A DNA stretch of 64,000 nucleotides from an uncultured Bacilli bacterium (GTDB taxonomy: Bacteria; Bacillota_I; Bacilli_A; RF39; UBA660), in the NCBI GenBank assembly GCA_934130375.1, contig CAKOXW010000001.1:328067-392066 (forward strand), given 5' to 3'. The first letter of the stretch is position 1. Each line of letters begins with the position of its first letter. The translations under genes were made by a program, and so were the position numbers. Below, piece after piece: positions 48,117 to 57,608 of this stretch. The notes under the pieces were generated by a model. That model was not told the origin of the DNA, did no database searches, and was given only the letters and a program-made list of their open reading frames with translations.

Positions 48117-48220
48117 GGGAGAGGATGTAAATAGACATAACTTTACATGCAATTTGCAAATTAATATACAAATCTTATAATCTTTAACATATAAATTTAT
48201 AAAAATGTAATATAAACTAT

Positions 48221-48496
48221 TTAAGCCCACGAATACATAAAAAAGAAATAATCATTTTTAGTTTCCTTAATATTATATTTATCTACAAATGAAGAAGTAG
48301 AAATAGATACTATTAAATCTTCTAAGATATCAGACACTTCAAATCTTTTTAACATGGTTAGTATTTCTAATCTATTACTGATTATCTCTTTAATATCACT
48401 TTTAGAAAGATATAGATTTTTATCTTCTAAGTATTTATTTATTTCATATATTTTTTTATCATCCACAACCTTGTTATTCATTATTTCTTGTAACAT
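48221..48496 (-). CDS. Small hypothetical protein (91 aa)
   Basis: ORF only. Its 3' end overlaps the recurring intergenic motif. Confidence 0.25.
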   Translation of the reverse strand: MLQEIMNNKVVDDKKIYEINKYLEDKNLYLSKSDIKEIISNRLEILTMLKRFEVSDILEDLIVSISTSSFVDKYNIKETKNDYFFFMYSWA

Positions 48497-48639
48497 ATTT
48501 TCACCTCATATACTTAATACACTAGTAATACAATTATTACAAGACTTGAAAAAAAGTTGATTTTGTGGTAATATGTAAGTAGTTTGAAAGATAAATTCTT
48601 TCTTTTTTTATAGTTTGAAAGAAAAAAAGTTAGCATTAA

Positions 48640-49521
48640 CTAACCTTCTATATAACTTAAAATATCATCTATATTCGCATCTACCTCTTCATTTGCAAGT
48701 CCAATAATGGGTCTTATACCATCACTAGCATGAAAATCAGAACCAATTGTAGATACTAAAGCATTATCAATAGCAAATTTATTCCATAATTTTACTTCAT
48801 TTATTTTATTATTATTCCTATCTACATAAACATAATTACCTTCAATCGCATGGCAATCCATACTTTTAAGTATTTTTAAAACTTCATCACAAGACAAATT
48901 ATCTTCATATTTGTACGCAACAGGATGCGCCAAAACAGGCTTACCACCATATTTTCTTATAATATCAGCAGCATAAGAAGGAGTAATAGTTTCTTTCTTA
49001 ACATAACAAGGACATCCTTCGTTCATAATAGTTTCAATAAATTCACCCTTATTTGGAATATGATTAAAATATTTAATCAAATTATCCTTGTTGTTCTTAT
49101 TATTAATTACATCATTTGCTATATGCGCCTTTGTAACTGCATCTATCTTATCAAGGGTATTTACATCTAATATAAATCCAACACTTTCTAACTTCTTACT
49201 AACATCATATAAATACTTATGCCTTGTACTTCTTAAGCCACATAATATATCACTAAACTCTTTATTGTTTATATCGATATTATAGCCAAGGACATGTATT
49301 CCACATTTATTACTTTTAGTAGATATTTCTATACCCGGTATCAATTTGATACCTTTTTTCTTAGCGTATTCTATTAAGTCTTCTGTATATGCACTTATAG
49401 TATCATGGTCTGTAATAGATATAATTTTTACATTATTTTTGTATGCTTCATCTATTACTTCATACGGACTAAGCACTCCATCTGAACAAGTTGTATGTAT
49501 ATGCAAATCTATCTTTTCCAT
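48640..49521 (-). CDS. PHP-domain phosphoesterase (TrpH/YciV-like)
   Basis: IDLHIHTTCSDG...ITDHDT PHP motifs. 293 aa. Confidence 0.75.
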   Translation of the reverse strand: MEKIDLHIHTTCSDGVLSPYEVIDEAYKNNVKIISITDHDTISAYTEDLIEYAKKKGIKLIPGIEISTKSNKCGIHVLGYNIDINNKEFSDILCGLRSTRHKYLYDVSKKLESVGFILDVNTLDKIDAVTKAHIANDVINNKNNKDNLIKYFNHIPNKGEFIETIMNEGCPCYVKKETITPSYAADIIRKYGGKPVLAHPVAYKYEDNLSCDEVLKILKSMDCHAIEGNYVYVDRNNNKINEVKLWNKFAIDNALVSTIGSDFHASDGIRPIIGLANEEVDANIDDILSYIEG

Positions 49522-50468
49522 CCTTCAATCCTCTTTCTAAAACTTTTTTGTAATTCCTCTGTTTCAAATCTTCTTAAAACTGAATCAGGTGCGACACTTA
49601 TAAATAGCTTTTCTATTTCTTCTTCAGTAAATTTTGATAATAATGTACTTCTTGTTTCTTCTAGTAATTCATCTAGTTTTCCAAATCTAAAAGGGGTAAA
49701 TGAATATAAATAATCTAATATAAAATTATAAGCCTCATCATCATATTGCCACTTTTTTCTAAGTGAGTGCGGATGTATAGGCAAATAAGGAACTGTGTTA
49801 TTTTTTATTGCATTTTCAATAACACGTGGTGCTTCTTTTAAAATATTTACAAACTTACTATACTCTATAACATGTATATCAAGCGGCAAATATTTATCAG
49901 GCATTTTTCCGCTTATTAAATCTTTTGCAATTAATGAAAATTCTCTCATTGTTCTTAGTGGGTCAACATCAGAAGTATACATTTCCTCTTTATTAAATTT
50001 CCTAACAAGCATTTCTTTTGCTTGACTTATTTTGCCATCTTCACAAATCATCCATATATCTAAATCAGGCAATCTATTTATTACTTTTCTAGGTTTTAAC
50101 TCATCATCCATATTTGGACATGGCTTACATAATATTTTTAAATCGGGCATGTTAAAATAATTTTTCTCCATGCAATCAGCACATACCCAGTACTTTTTAT
50201 CACTTTTAGATGCATGAAAAGCAAGTTCATCATTATATCTTATTTGTTCATTTATAACAGGTAAATCACCATTTAAATCCTCTTCTAAAACATAAAATGG
50301 ATATCCAGTTGCAAAACTCCCCTTAAATCCTATTGTACTTTTCATAATTGTTACAACTTTTATTATATTTGAGGCATAATACTCTCTTTTTAAATCTGTA
50401 TTACATTTTTCAAATAAATTTGATATTGCTGAAATATAAGTACAAAATTCAATTGGTAAATTATTCAT
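49509..50468 (-). CDS. Hypothetical protein with an internal Cys4 zinc-ribbon (CADC...CKPC)
   Basis: WVCADCMEKN...LCKPCPNMDDE. Overlaps the PHP gene by 13 nt. No confident family. Confidence 0.35.
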   Translation of the reverse strand: MNNLPIEFCTYISAISNLFEKCNTDLKREYYASNIIKVVTIMKSTIGFKGSFATGYPFYVLEEDLNGDLPVINEQIRYNDELAFHASKSDKKYWVCADCMEKNYFNMPDLKILCKPCPNMDDELKPRKVINRLPDLDIWMICEDGKISQAKEMLVRKFNKEEMYTSDVDPLRTMREFSLIAKDLISGKMPDKYLPLDIHVIEYSKFVNILKEAPRVIENAIKNNTVPYLPIHPHSLRKKWQYDDEAYNFILDYLYSFTPFRFGKLDELLEETRSTLLSKFTEEEIEKLFISVAPDSVLRRFETEELQKSFRKRIEGWKR

Positions 50469-50678
50469 CCAATCACCTCCCTACACGTTTGTTTAATAAA
50501 ATATCAAAGTAAAATTCCTAAATAATAATTAAATTAGATTTAATTTATCACTTTTATTTATATATGTCAAATATTTTAAAATATGAATACATGCAATTAA
50601 TCATTTTTATTGCATTTGCTTTTCATATTTTTATTTTTCAAAAAAAATTATCTCATTTACAAAGATAATTTTTAATAA

Positions 50679-51989
50679 CTATTTTTCAAAAAACTCTTTT
50701 ATTTCATCAAATTTAACTTGGTTTTGTTCACCTGTTACCATATTTTTTATTGTTAAAGTATTAGTATTAATTTCATCTTCGCCAATAATAACTGCATATT
50801 TTGAATTCATATTATCAGCATACTTTATCTTAGATTTAAACTTTTTATTAATGTAACATATACTTGTGGAAATACCCAATTCCCTTATTTTTTTAGATAC
50901 TTCGAGGCACATTTTATAATCTTCTGTCATAGGAAGTATCATAACATCAACTGGTGAATTTATTTCATTATTTATAATACAATTTTCTTTTAATTGATAA
51001 AATAATCTTGTAAGACCAATTGATATTCCAACACCAGGTAATTTTTTATCAGTATAATAAGTCGCTAAATCATCATACCTACCACCTGAACATACACTGC
51101 CTATTTGTGGGTAATCTACTAACTTTGTTTCATACACAACACCAGTATAGTAATCAAGACCTCTTGCGATTGTTAAATCGATTGCAAAGTACTCTTCATC
51201 AATATTCATTGCTCTTAATGAATTTATAACTGTTTCTAGTTCATTAATACCATTTATAAACGTTTCATTTTCAATATTCAAATTCTTTAAACTATTTAAT
51301 ATATCATCATTAGAACCTTTAATTTTAATAAATGACAAAATTTTATTTACTATTTCATCAGTTAGATTTATTTCTTTTAACATGTCAATTAAATCATCTT
51401 CAGAAACTTTTTCCATTTTATCAATTATTCTTAAAATATCTTGATACTTATCAGATAAGTTTAAGTTTTCAAAAAATCCATTTAATATTTTTCTACTATT
51501 AATTCTAATAACAAATTTACCAATATTCATCTTAGTAAAAATATCATAAATAATTGATGGTATTTCAGCATCATACATAAGTGATAATTCGCCATCACCT
51601 ATAACATCTATATCACATTGATAAAATTCTCTAAATCTTCCCTTTTGAGGTCTTTCACCTCTAAAAACTTTACCTATTTGATATCTTTTAAATGGAAAAG
51701 ATAATTCATTATATTTTGCTGAAACATATTTTGCCAAAGGCACAGTTAAATCAAATCTTAATGATAAATCATTATCACCTTTATTAAATCTATATATTTG
51801 TTTTTCAGTTTCACCACCTGCTTTTGCAAGCAATACACTAGAATACTCAATAATAGGAGTATCAAGTGGGTAAAAACCATATAACTTATATGTGTCTTCT
51901 ATAATATTTTTAATTCTATCAAATTCAATTTGATCAAGTGGACTTAATTCCATAAATCCAGACAAAGTTTTAGGCTCAACTTTATTCAT
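50679..51989 (-). CDS. hisS: Histidyl-tRNA synthetase
   Basis: Class II motifs FRGERPQKGRFREFYQCDID and GGRYD...GVGISIGLTR. C-terminal anticodon-binding domain present. 436 aa. Confidence 0.85.
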   Translation of the reverse strand: MNKVEPKTLSGFMELSPLDQIEFDRIKNIIEDTYKLYGFYPLDTPIIEYSSVLLAKAGGETEKQIYRFNKGDNDLSLRFDLTVPLAKYVSAKYNELSFPFKRYQIGKVFRGERPQKGRFREFYQCDIDVIGDGELSLMYDAEIPSIIYDIFTKMNIGKFVIRINSRKILNGFFENLNLSDKYQDILRIIDKMEKVSEDDLIDMLKEINLTDEIVNKILSFIKIKGSNDDILNSLKNLNIENETFINGINELETVINSLRAMNIDEEYFAIDLTIARGLDYYTGVVYETKLVDYPQIGSVCSGGRYDDLATYYTDKKLPGVGISIGLTRLFYQLKENCIINNEINSPVDVMILPMTEDYKMCLEVSKKIRELGISTSICYINKKFKSKIKYADNMNSKYAVIIGEDEINTNTLTIKNMVTGEQNQVKFDEIKEFFEK

Positions 51990-52022
51990 AAATTCTCACT
52001 CCTTGTTCTTCTATATTTTACT

Positions 52023-52135
52023 AAAAAAAAGCACTTATTACAATAATAATAACTATTTTCTTTTTATAACATACTAAAATATCACCTACACAAAAGAAAA
52101 AACACTATAAAGTGTCTATTCATTTTTCAATCTCA
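52023..52135. repeat. About 113-bp intergenic repeat element, copy 1 (copy 2 at 57266..57378)
   Basis: AAAAAAAAG(C/T)ACTTATTACAATAATAATAACTATTTTCTTTTTATAA...ACACTATAAAGTGTCTAT(T/C)CATTTTTCAATCTCA. About 90% identity between the copies. Contains the hairpin CACUAUAAAGUG. Confidence 0.7.
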
Positions 52136-52187
52136 ATCATAGCATTTAAAACAACCATATTGTAACATACTATCTATATTAATAAAT

Positions 52188-52871
52188 TCAATTCTGTTCG
52201 GGTTTGAAAGCCCTAACATTACCAAATAATTCAATTTCTTCAGTATCCCTATTATAAATCATTGCACCATCATCATATATTGCATAAACATTTTTGCTCT
52301 TCTCATTTGCAACTTTTTGTAATTTAGATAAATATCTTGAATTATTTATTGTATGAACATCAATATAGAATGGATCATCAATTACTCCAAAACCATCATA
52401 AAATGAAAAATACTTATAAAAATTATTTTTTGCTGTTATAAAATATCTTTTTAATTGTAATTCTGTTCCAGCACTTTCACCAATTATAATTCCTTTATAA
52501 TGTTTTATATCATAAAGAATTTCAGTACCATGAACAACTTTACTAAAAAACATTTCGGGATTACCACCTGGTAATAATATAACATTAGATTTTTTTATAA
52601 TCTGTTTTAATTTTTCCTTCGAATCACTATAACAATTACACACAGTTATATCATTCTCATTTATGCCTATCTTTTTTAGTTCATTTATATATCTATTATA
52701 TCTTTTTTCTCCCTTTTTAAAAAATTCATTATCTAATTTTTGAGCATCTATTTCAACAGGAAATGCCCAAGGAAAAATCGCAACTTTTGAATTCTTTGGA
52801 ATTATTTGTTTTAATTTATCACTAACTAAATCCATCCCCATTTCAATTCTACTAAATAAAACACTATACAT
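52188..52871 (-). CDS. Peptidase S51 (dipeptidase E/cyanophycinase-like, class I glutamine-amidotransferase fold)
   Basis: ILLPGGNPEMF and IIIGESAGTE motifs. Confidence 0.55.
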   Translation of the reverse strand: MYSVLFSRIEMGMDLVSDKLKQIIPKNSKVAIFPWAFPVEIDAQKLDNEFFKKGEKRYNRYINELKKIGINENDITVCNCYSDSKEKLKQIIKKSNVILLPGGNPEMFFSKVVHGTEILYDIKHYKGIIIGESAGTELQLKRYFITAKNNFYKYFSFYDGFGVIDDPFYIDVHTINNSRYLSKLQKVANEKSKNVYAIYDDGAMIYNRDTEEIELFGNVRAFKPEQN

Positions 52872-53142
52872 TCTTCTTTATCCTCTCTAATTTCTTAGCA
52901 GCCATTTGACCGCATCCAACATTAATTTTGTCACAAATACTTTCAAATTTTGAATTTCGAATATTTCTTTCATCCAACATTTTATGTAAAATTCGTATCG
53001 TTATTCTGATAATTTACTAAATTTACCATTTTCAATTCCATTATAAGTACTTATTTTTACTTTATCATCATATTCTAAAAAATTCAATAATTCTATAAAT
53101 TTTTTATTTCTTCATATGTTAAATTTTGCACAAAATTTTTAT

Positions 53143-53319
53143 TTAACCATTGTAACACATTTGAAATGCTATCGGGCATCCAACTTGACATGACATACAT
53201 AAATGGCAAGTATCTCCATCAGCAATAACTCCTGTTTCAATAACAAAGTTGTCATTTGTTATTTGTAATATTTTTATTGATTTATCAATCTAACCACATG
53301 TTCTATCAATTATTTTCAT
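53143..53319 (-). pseudogene. Cys-rich micro-ORF with an in-frame TAG, translationally coupled (ATGA) to the upstream gene
   Basis: MKIIDRTCG-TAG-IDKSIKILQITNDNFVIETGVIADGDTCHLCMSCQVGCPIAFQMCYNG-TAA. The ATG overlaps the TGA of 53316..54404. Confidence 0.35.
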
Positions 53320-54404
53320 AATAAGCCACCCTTATACATTTTTTTCATTATTTTAATATTATTTTGCATATTAGTATTGTAATTTAATAAAATATATAAA
53401 ATTTCTTCTATTTTTGCATCTGGATTTATTAATTCAGATGCATTTAAAATCATTGATTTATATAAATTTTTTATTTTTGTTTCACTTATTCCATTTAAAT
53501 AACTAGCTACTGAATCTGACCAATTACAATTTTTATTATGCCATCTTAAATTATATAAAATTAGTAATGCCTTATATTCTTTCAATAATTTTTTTTCATA
53601 TTGATTTTTAGCATTTTTTAAATCCATATTTAAATAGGGATTAGCTATAAATGATAATCTTTTATTTGAAGATATTGCTGCCAAATAATTCATAAAATAC
53701 ATTGCAAATAATTGATGATTACTAGCAATATAAATTTGATTTTGTTCTTGCATTAAATTAAAATAATTACTCCAAATAAAATCAACATCAATATTAAATA
53801 TTCCTTCACGTGTGTCAATTTCAAATCCTGTATTTCTACCTTTAGAAATAAGAATATCGCTATTTTTGAAATTTTTACTTAATTCCTTCATTTCCTTTTC
53901 TAAAAACAATGGACATATAGACGGGATAATTGTTTCATCCCTTATCTCAAGAACTAATGACTTCTCTTGATATTTTTTACATTCTTTACCACAGTGATTG
54001 CATATTATTTTTCCATTTTGTCTAGTGTATAATTTTTCATTATTAATAGATTCACATAGCATATCAACACGACCACATTCACATCTTATTGTTTCTTTGG
54101 TTTTAACTTTTATAAAACCATCATAATACATTTTTTCAATTATATTTAGTAATTCATCACTATAATTTTTATCAATAAAAACAGAATCATAGTTTATGCC
54201 TGAATTATTAACATAACTCAAATAACTGTTTAAATTAACATCTTTATTTTCATAACTATGTATTGTATTAAATCCAATATTCTTTTTAATTGATAGTGAT
54301 GACCCAATATAGTCCATTATGGTTGGTGATATCATCATCCCAATATTTGTTTCTTGTTGCGGTTTAATTGGCAAAGTTAAAATTATTGTATCTTGTTTAT
54401 TCAT
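53316..54404 (-). CDS. Hypothetical protein (362 aa) with a double CxC/CxxC zinc-knuckle
   Basis: RCECGRVDMLC...CNHCGKEC. Overlaps the nucleotidyltransferase gene by 8 nt. Confidence 0.4.
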   Translation of the reverse strand: MNKQDTIILTLPIKPQQETNIGMMISPTIMDYIGSSLSIKKNIGFNTIHSYENKDVNLNSYLSYVNNSGINYDSVFIDKNYSDELLNIIEKMYYDGFIKVKTKETIRCECGRVDMLCESINNEKLYTRQNGKIICNHCGKECKKYQEKSLVLEIRDETIIPSICPLFLEKEMKELSKNFKNSDILISKGRNTGFEIDTREGIFNIDVDFIWSNYFNLMQEQNQIYIASNHQLFAMYFMNYLAAISSNKRLSFIANPYLNMDLKNAKNQYEKKLLKEYKALLILYNLRWHNKNCNWSDSVASYLNGISETKIKNLYKSMILNASELINPDAKIEEILYILLNYNTNMQNNIKIMKKMYKGGLL

Positions 54405-55536
54405 TTGTCATACCTCCTAAAAATTTATAACACATATCATACAATTTTTTCTTATATAAATTCAAATCGTCTAATATATTATTTTTATTAAAAATTCTTT
54501 TATAATCATTATTGATATCTACAAGATTCAGTAAATCATTTGAATGAGAACTCAAATCGATTTGTTTTAAATCTAGTATATACTGTAAATCTTGAATGAC
54601 ACCCAAATATTTATAAAAGTAAATAAATATTTTTTTGTCTAATTTTTTACTATTTGAAAAAAAACAATCAATAGTAAATTCATTAACATCTTTTTCCATT
54701 CTAAAATCGATAGCTAATAATTTATAAAAATTAAATAATACACATGTTTTATAAATAGATTTTAATTCACAATTTTTTATTTTATTAATTGAAGAATCTA
54801 TATATATATTGTTTTTACTAATGTCTTCTATTAAATCTTTTTTAAATTTTTGAATATTACTTAAATCATTACATACTTTTCTTTGTAAATCAAATATGTT
54901 TTTATACTCATTTGAATAAATAAATTTAAAACAATAAGTCCATTCATTAATACAATCTTTTGTATCGTTTGAATTTAAATATTTTATAACATCATTTAAA
55001 TTTCTAGTTGAATTATACATTTCAAATAACAATTTTTTAGAATTTTCTCTACATGGTATATTTAAAATTCCATCATCAAATACTAATTTATATAAATTAT
55101 CATTTTGTAAATTTAATCTTTTATTTGATATTAATGGTAAATAAACTACCAAACTATGTATTTTATCTTTCCCTCTAAATTTTAAAACCTCTTGTATAAT
55201 AAAATTGATTTTATCTTCAATATCAATAATATTTTTATAATCACAACTACATGTTAGATAATTTATATCAACATCGCTAAATAAAGTGTTTGAATTTCTT
55301 CCTAGACTTCCACTAAGAGTAATACAAAAATCAATTTTATATATTTTTTTGAATTCATTTGCCAATTCTTGTATCATCCGAATTATATAATTTCTATATC
55401 TCATATTAATATCAACGAAATCTTTAATCGTTATTTTTTTATAAATATTTACATATTCATTTCTCAAATTAATTATTCTATTTTGATATTTTTGAATGTA
55501 TTTTAGTTTGATTTTTTCATAATCCAATATTTTCAT
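54397..55536 (-). CDS. Polymerase-beta superfamily nucleotidyltransferase (379 aa) with a helical C-terminal domain
   Basis: LSGSLGRNSNTLFSDVDINYL matches the G-S-x9-13-D-x-D core. The start overlaps the Rel copy 2 stop (ATGA). Confidence 0.55.
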   Translation of the reverse strand: MKILDYEKIKLKYIQKYQNRIINLRNEYVNIYKKITIKDFVDINMRYRNYIIRMIQELANEFKKIYKIDFCITLSGSLGRNSNTLFSDVDINYLTCSCDYKNIIDIEDKINFIIQEVLKFRGKDKIHSLVVYLPLISNKRLNLQNDNLYKLVFDDGILNIPCRENSKKLLFEMYNSTRNLNDVIKYLNSNDTKDCINEWTYCFKFIYSNEYKNIFDLQRKVCNDLSNIQKFKKDLIEDISKNNIYIDSSINKIKNCELKSIYKTCVLFNFYKLLAIDFRMEKDVNEFTIDCFFSNSKKLDKKIFIYFYKYLGVIQDLQYILDLKQIDLSSHSNDLLNLVDINNDYKRIFNKNNILDDLNLYKKKLYDMCYKFLGGMTNE

Positions 55537-56999
55537 GCTTTATCACCATTTTCAACTAATAATTTTCTATTAAATTCTTTTAATTTCTTTTTAGCCAAGC
55601 TAGTTTGAGCTTTCTCTAACCAGCCCTCCCTAGGACCATAAGATAACTCATTTGTAACTATTCTTACTCTATCTTTATTTTGAAGAACATAATCAACTGG
55701 TACATATTCATCATTTACAAATGCACCAACCATTGTATTACCAATATCTGTATCCAAATTATACGCATAATCTATTACTGTTGAACCTTTTGGCAACTCT
55801 ATAATATCTCCCTTTGTTGTATATACATATATTTTATTTGCAAACAATTCATTTTTTACTTGATTTACAAATTGTTGATTATCTCCAAATATTGAATTTA
55901 TTTCTATTAATGATTTAAAAAATTGATATTTTTGTTTTAAATCATCTTGCATTACATCTCTTGCTTTCCCTTTTTCTATATCCCAATATGCAGTTAGTCC
56001 AAAAGAAGCAATCTTATCCATATCAAATGTTCTTATTTGTGTTTGAACTAATCTATCTTCAGGACCAAAAACTGTTGTATGTAAACTTCTATACATATTA
56101 GTTTTCGGATTACATATATAATCTTTAAATTTATCATTTATTGGTTTATATTTACTATGCACTAAATACAAGCCAATATAGCAATTCTCTATTTCATCTA
56201 CCATTATCTTAAGTGCTAGTAAATCATGTATATCTGATAATTTATGTCCTTCTGATAATCTTTTATATATTCCATAAATATTCTTAGTTCTTACCTTTAT
56301 TTCATTTGGTATATTTCTATCATTTAATAGTGTTTCAATCTTATATAGCATTTCTTTTAAAATATCACCAGAAGTCTCTTCTAATCTTATCTTTTTTTCC
56401 CCAATTCTTTTGTATACATCTGGTTTTAAATACTTTAAAGATAAATCTTCTAATTCAGATTTAATTCTATATGCTCCAATATAGTACGCAAGTGGGACAA
56501 ATATTTCCATTGTCTCAAGTGAATTTTCTTTTTGCTTAAATTCAGATTTAAATTCTAATGTCCTCATATTATGAAGTCTATCTGCAAGTTTAATTATAAT
56601 TATTCTTACATCATCCGTAATACCTGTTATAATTTTTCTAGTATTTGCATAATTTTGGTCTTGCTTAGAAGAAAAATTCATTTTAGCAAGTTTAGTAACA
56701 CCATCTACTAAATTAGCAACATTTTGATTAAAATCATGAGCAATATCTTCTTTCTTAATATTCGTATCTTCTAGAGTATCATGCAATAACCCTGCACACA
56801 CAGTATCACTATCAGCATGCATTTCAGATAGAATATACGCAACATTAAGAGGATGACTTATATATGGTTCTCCACTTTGTCTTACTTGACCATTATGAAG
56901 ATAACTTGCATAGTCATATGCCTTTTTAACATCACTTATTGCATCTGGATTATACTCACTTAAATTTCTTAACAAATCGTCAATTGTAATGCTATTCAT
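55533..56999 (-). CDS. Truncated RelA/SpoT-homologue (HD, synthetase, TGS), copy 2
   Basis: Nearly identical at nucleotide level to 24584..26023 apart from the last 25 codons. Start chosen at MNSITIDD (ATG 56999, RBS GGGAGG). The ORF track's TTG at 57035 lies inside the leader terminator. Confidence 0.8.
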   Translation of the reverse strand: MNSITIDDLLRNLSEYNPDAISDVKKAYDYASYLHNGQVRQSGEPYISHPLNVAYILSEMHADSDTVCAGLLHDTLEDTNIKKEDIAHDFNQNVANLVDGVTKLAKMNFSSKQDQNYANTRKIITGITDDVRIIIIKLADRLHNMRTLEFKSEFKQKENSLETMEIFVPLAYYIGAYRIKSELEDLSLKYLKPDVYKRIGEKKIRLEETSGDILKEMLYKIETLLNDRNIPNEIKVRTKNIYGIYKRLSEGHKLSDIHDLLALKIMVDEIENCYIGLYLVHSKYKPINDKFKDYICNPKTNMYRSLHTTVFGPEDRLVQTQIRTFDMDKIASFGLTAYWDIEKGKARDVMQDDLKQKYQFFKSLIEINSIFGDNQQFVNQVKNELFANKIYVYTTKGDIIELPKGSTVIDYAYNLDTDIGNTMVGAFVNDEYVPVDYVLQNKDRVRIVTNELSYGPREGWLEKAQTSLAKKKLKEFNRKLLVENGDKA

Positions 57000-57023
57000 C
57001 CAATACCTCCCTTGAATAGAAAA

Positions 57024-57062
57024 AATCGGCGTCAAAACGCATAACTCGTTTAGACACCGATT
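57024..57062 (-). terminator. Leader intrinsic terminator (attenuator) upstream of the Rel copy 2 RBS
   Basis: AAUCGGUGUC-UAAACG-AGUUAUG-CGUUU-UGACGCCGAUU plus U6 on the minus strand. Confidence 0.6.
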
Positions 57063-57187
57063 TTATTAATTTTTGCATAATTCACATAAATAGCAGAATT
57101 GCAGCATAGAAAAGCAGAACATCTTTTTGAAAAAATATTCCTTTTAATAAAATTAATATCAATTTCCATACCTAATCCCTTAATCAT
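57050..57187 (-). CDS. Leader peptide (45 aa) ending inside the terminator stem
   Basis: MIKGLGMEIDINFIKRNIFSKRCSAFLCCNSAIYVNYAKINKIGV*. Same start context (GAGGUUUUUGUAUG) and same stop position relative to the hairpin as copy 1. Promoter TTGACA-17-TAAATT upstream. Confidence 0.5.
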   Translation of the reverse strand: MIKGLGMEIDINFIKRNIFSKRCSAFLCCNSAIYVNYAKINKIGV

Positions 57188-57608
57188 ACAAAAACCTCTT
57201 AAATAAAATTAAATCTAATTTATCATTTTTATTTTTATATGTCAACATATTTTCTTCTTTTTTTCAAAAAAAAGTACTTATTACAATAATAATAACTATT
57301 TTCTTTTTATAATATATTAAAACATCACCTACACAAAAGAAAGAGCACTATAAAGTGTCTATCCATTTTTCAATCTCAGTTATATCAGTAACAAGTTTAT
57401 GTGAATTATAATCAGTATCAAACACTATATTAATACAATCTACATTATCATTAGTTAATTTCTTTATATCATTAAATGTATGACCTAACCATCCTGCATT
57501 AGTTGCATAAGCCTTTACTATTTTATAATTAAATATAATCCTGTTTTTGCATTTTTCGTAATATCACCTTTCTTCTTTTAAAATTCTTTCTTTAAATATA
57601 TTTCTCTA

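Noticed and set aside
48027-48230. 67-aa ORF spanning the promoter and poly-C region of pilin-LRR copy B
   Set aside because: It covers the homopolymer tract and promoter elements and the start of the pilin gene in another frame, so it is most likely spurious.
52872-52990. 38-aa ORF (MLDERNIRNSKFESICDKINVGCGQMAAKKLERIKKNV) overlapping the S51 peptidase start in another frame
   Set aside because: It is short, has no convincing RBS and is unsupported by conservation within the window. Noted only because of Cys content similar to the nearby micro-ORF.
57033-57035. TTG start used by the ORF track for Rel copy 2 (MTPIFSIQGRYW...)
   Set aside because: That extension is encoded by the leader terminator hairpin. 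An ATG at 56999 with a GGGAGG RBS aligns with the copy 1 start, so the longer form is unlikely.
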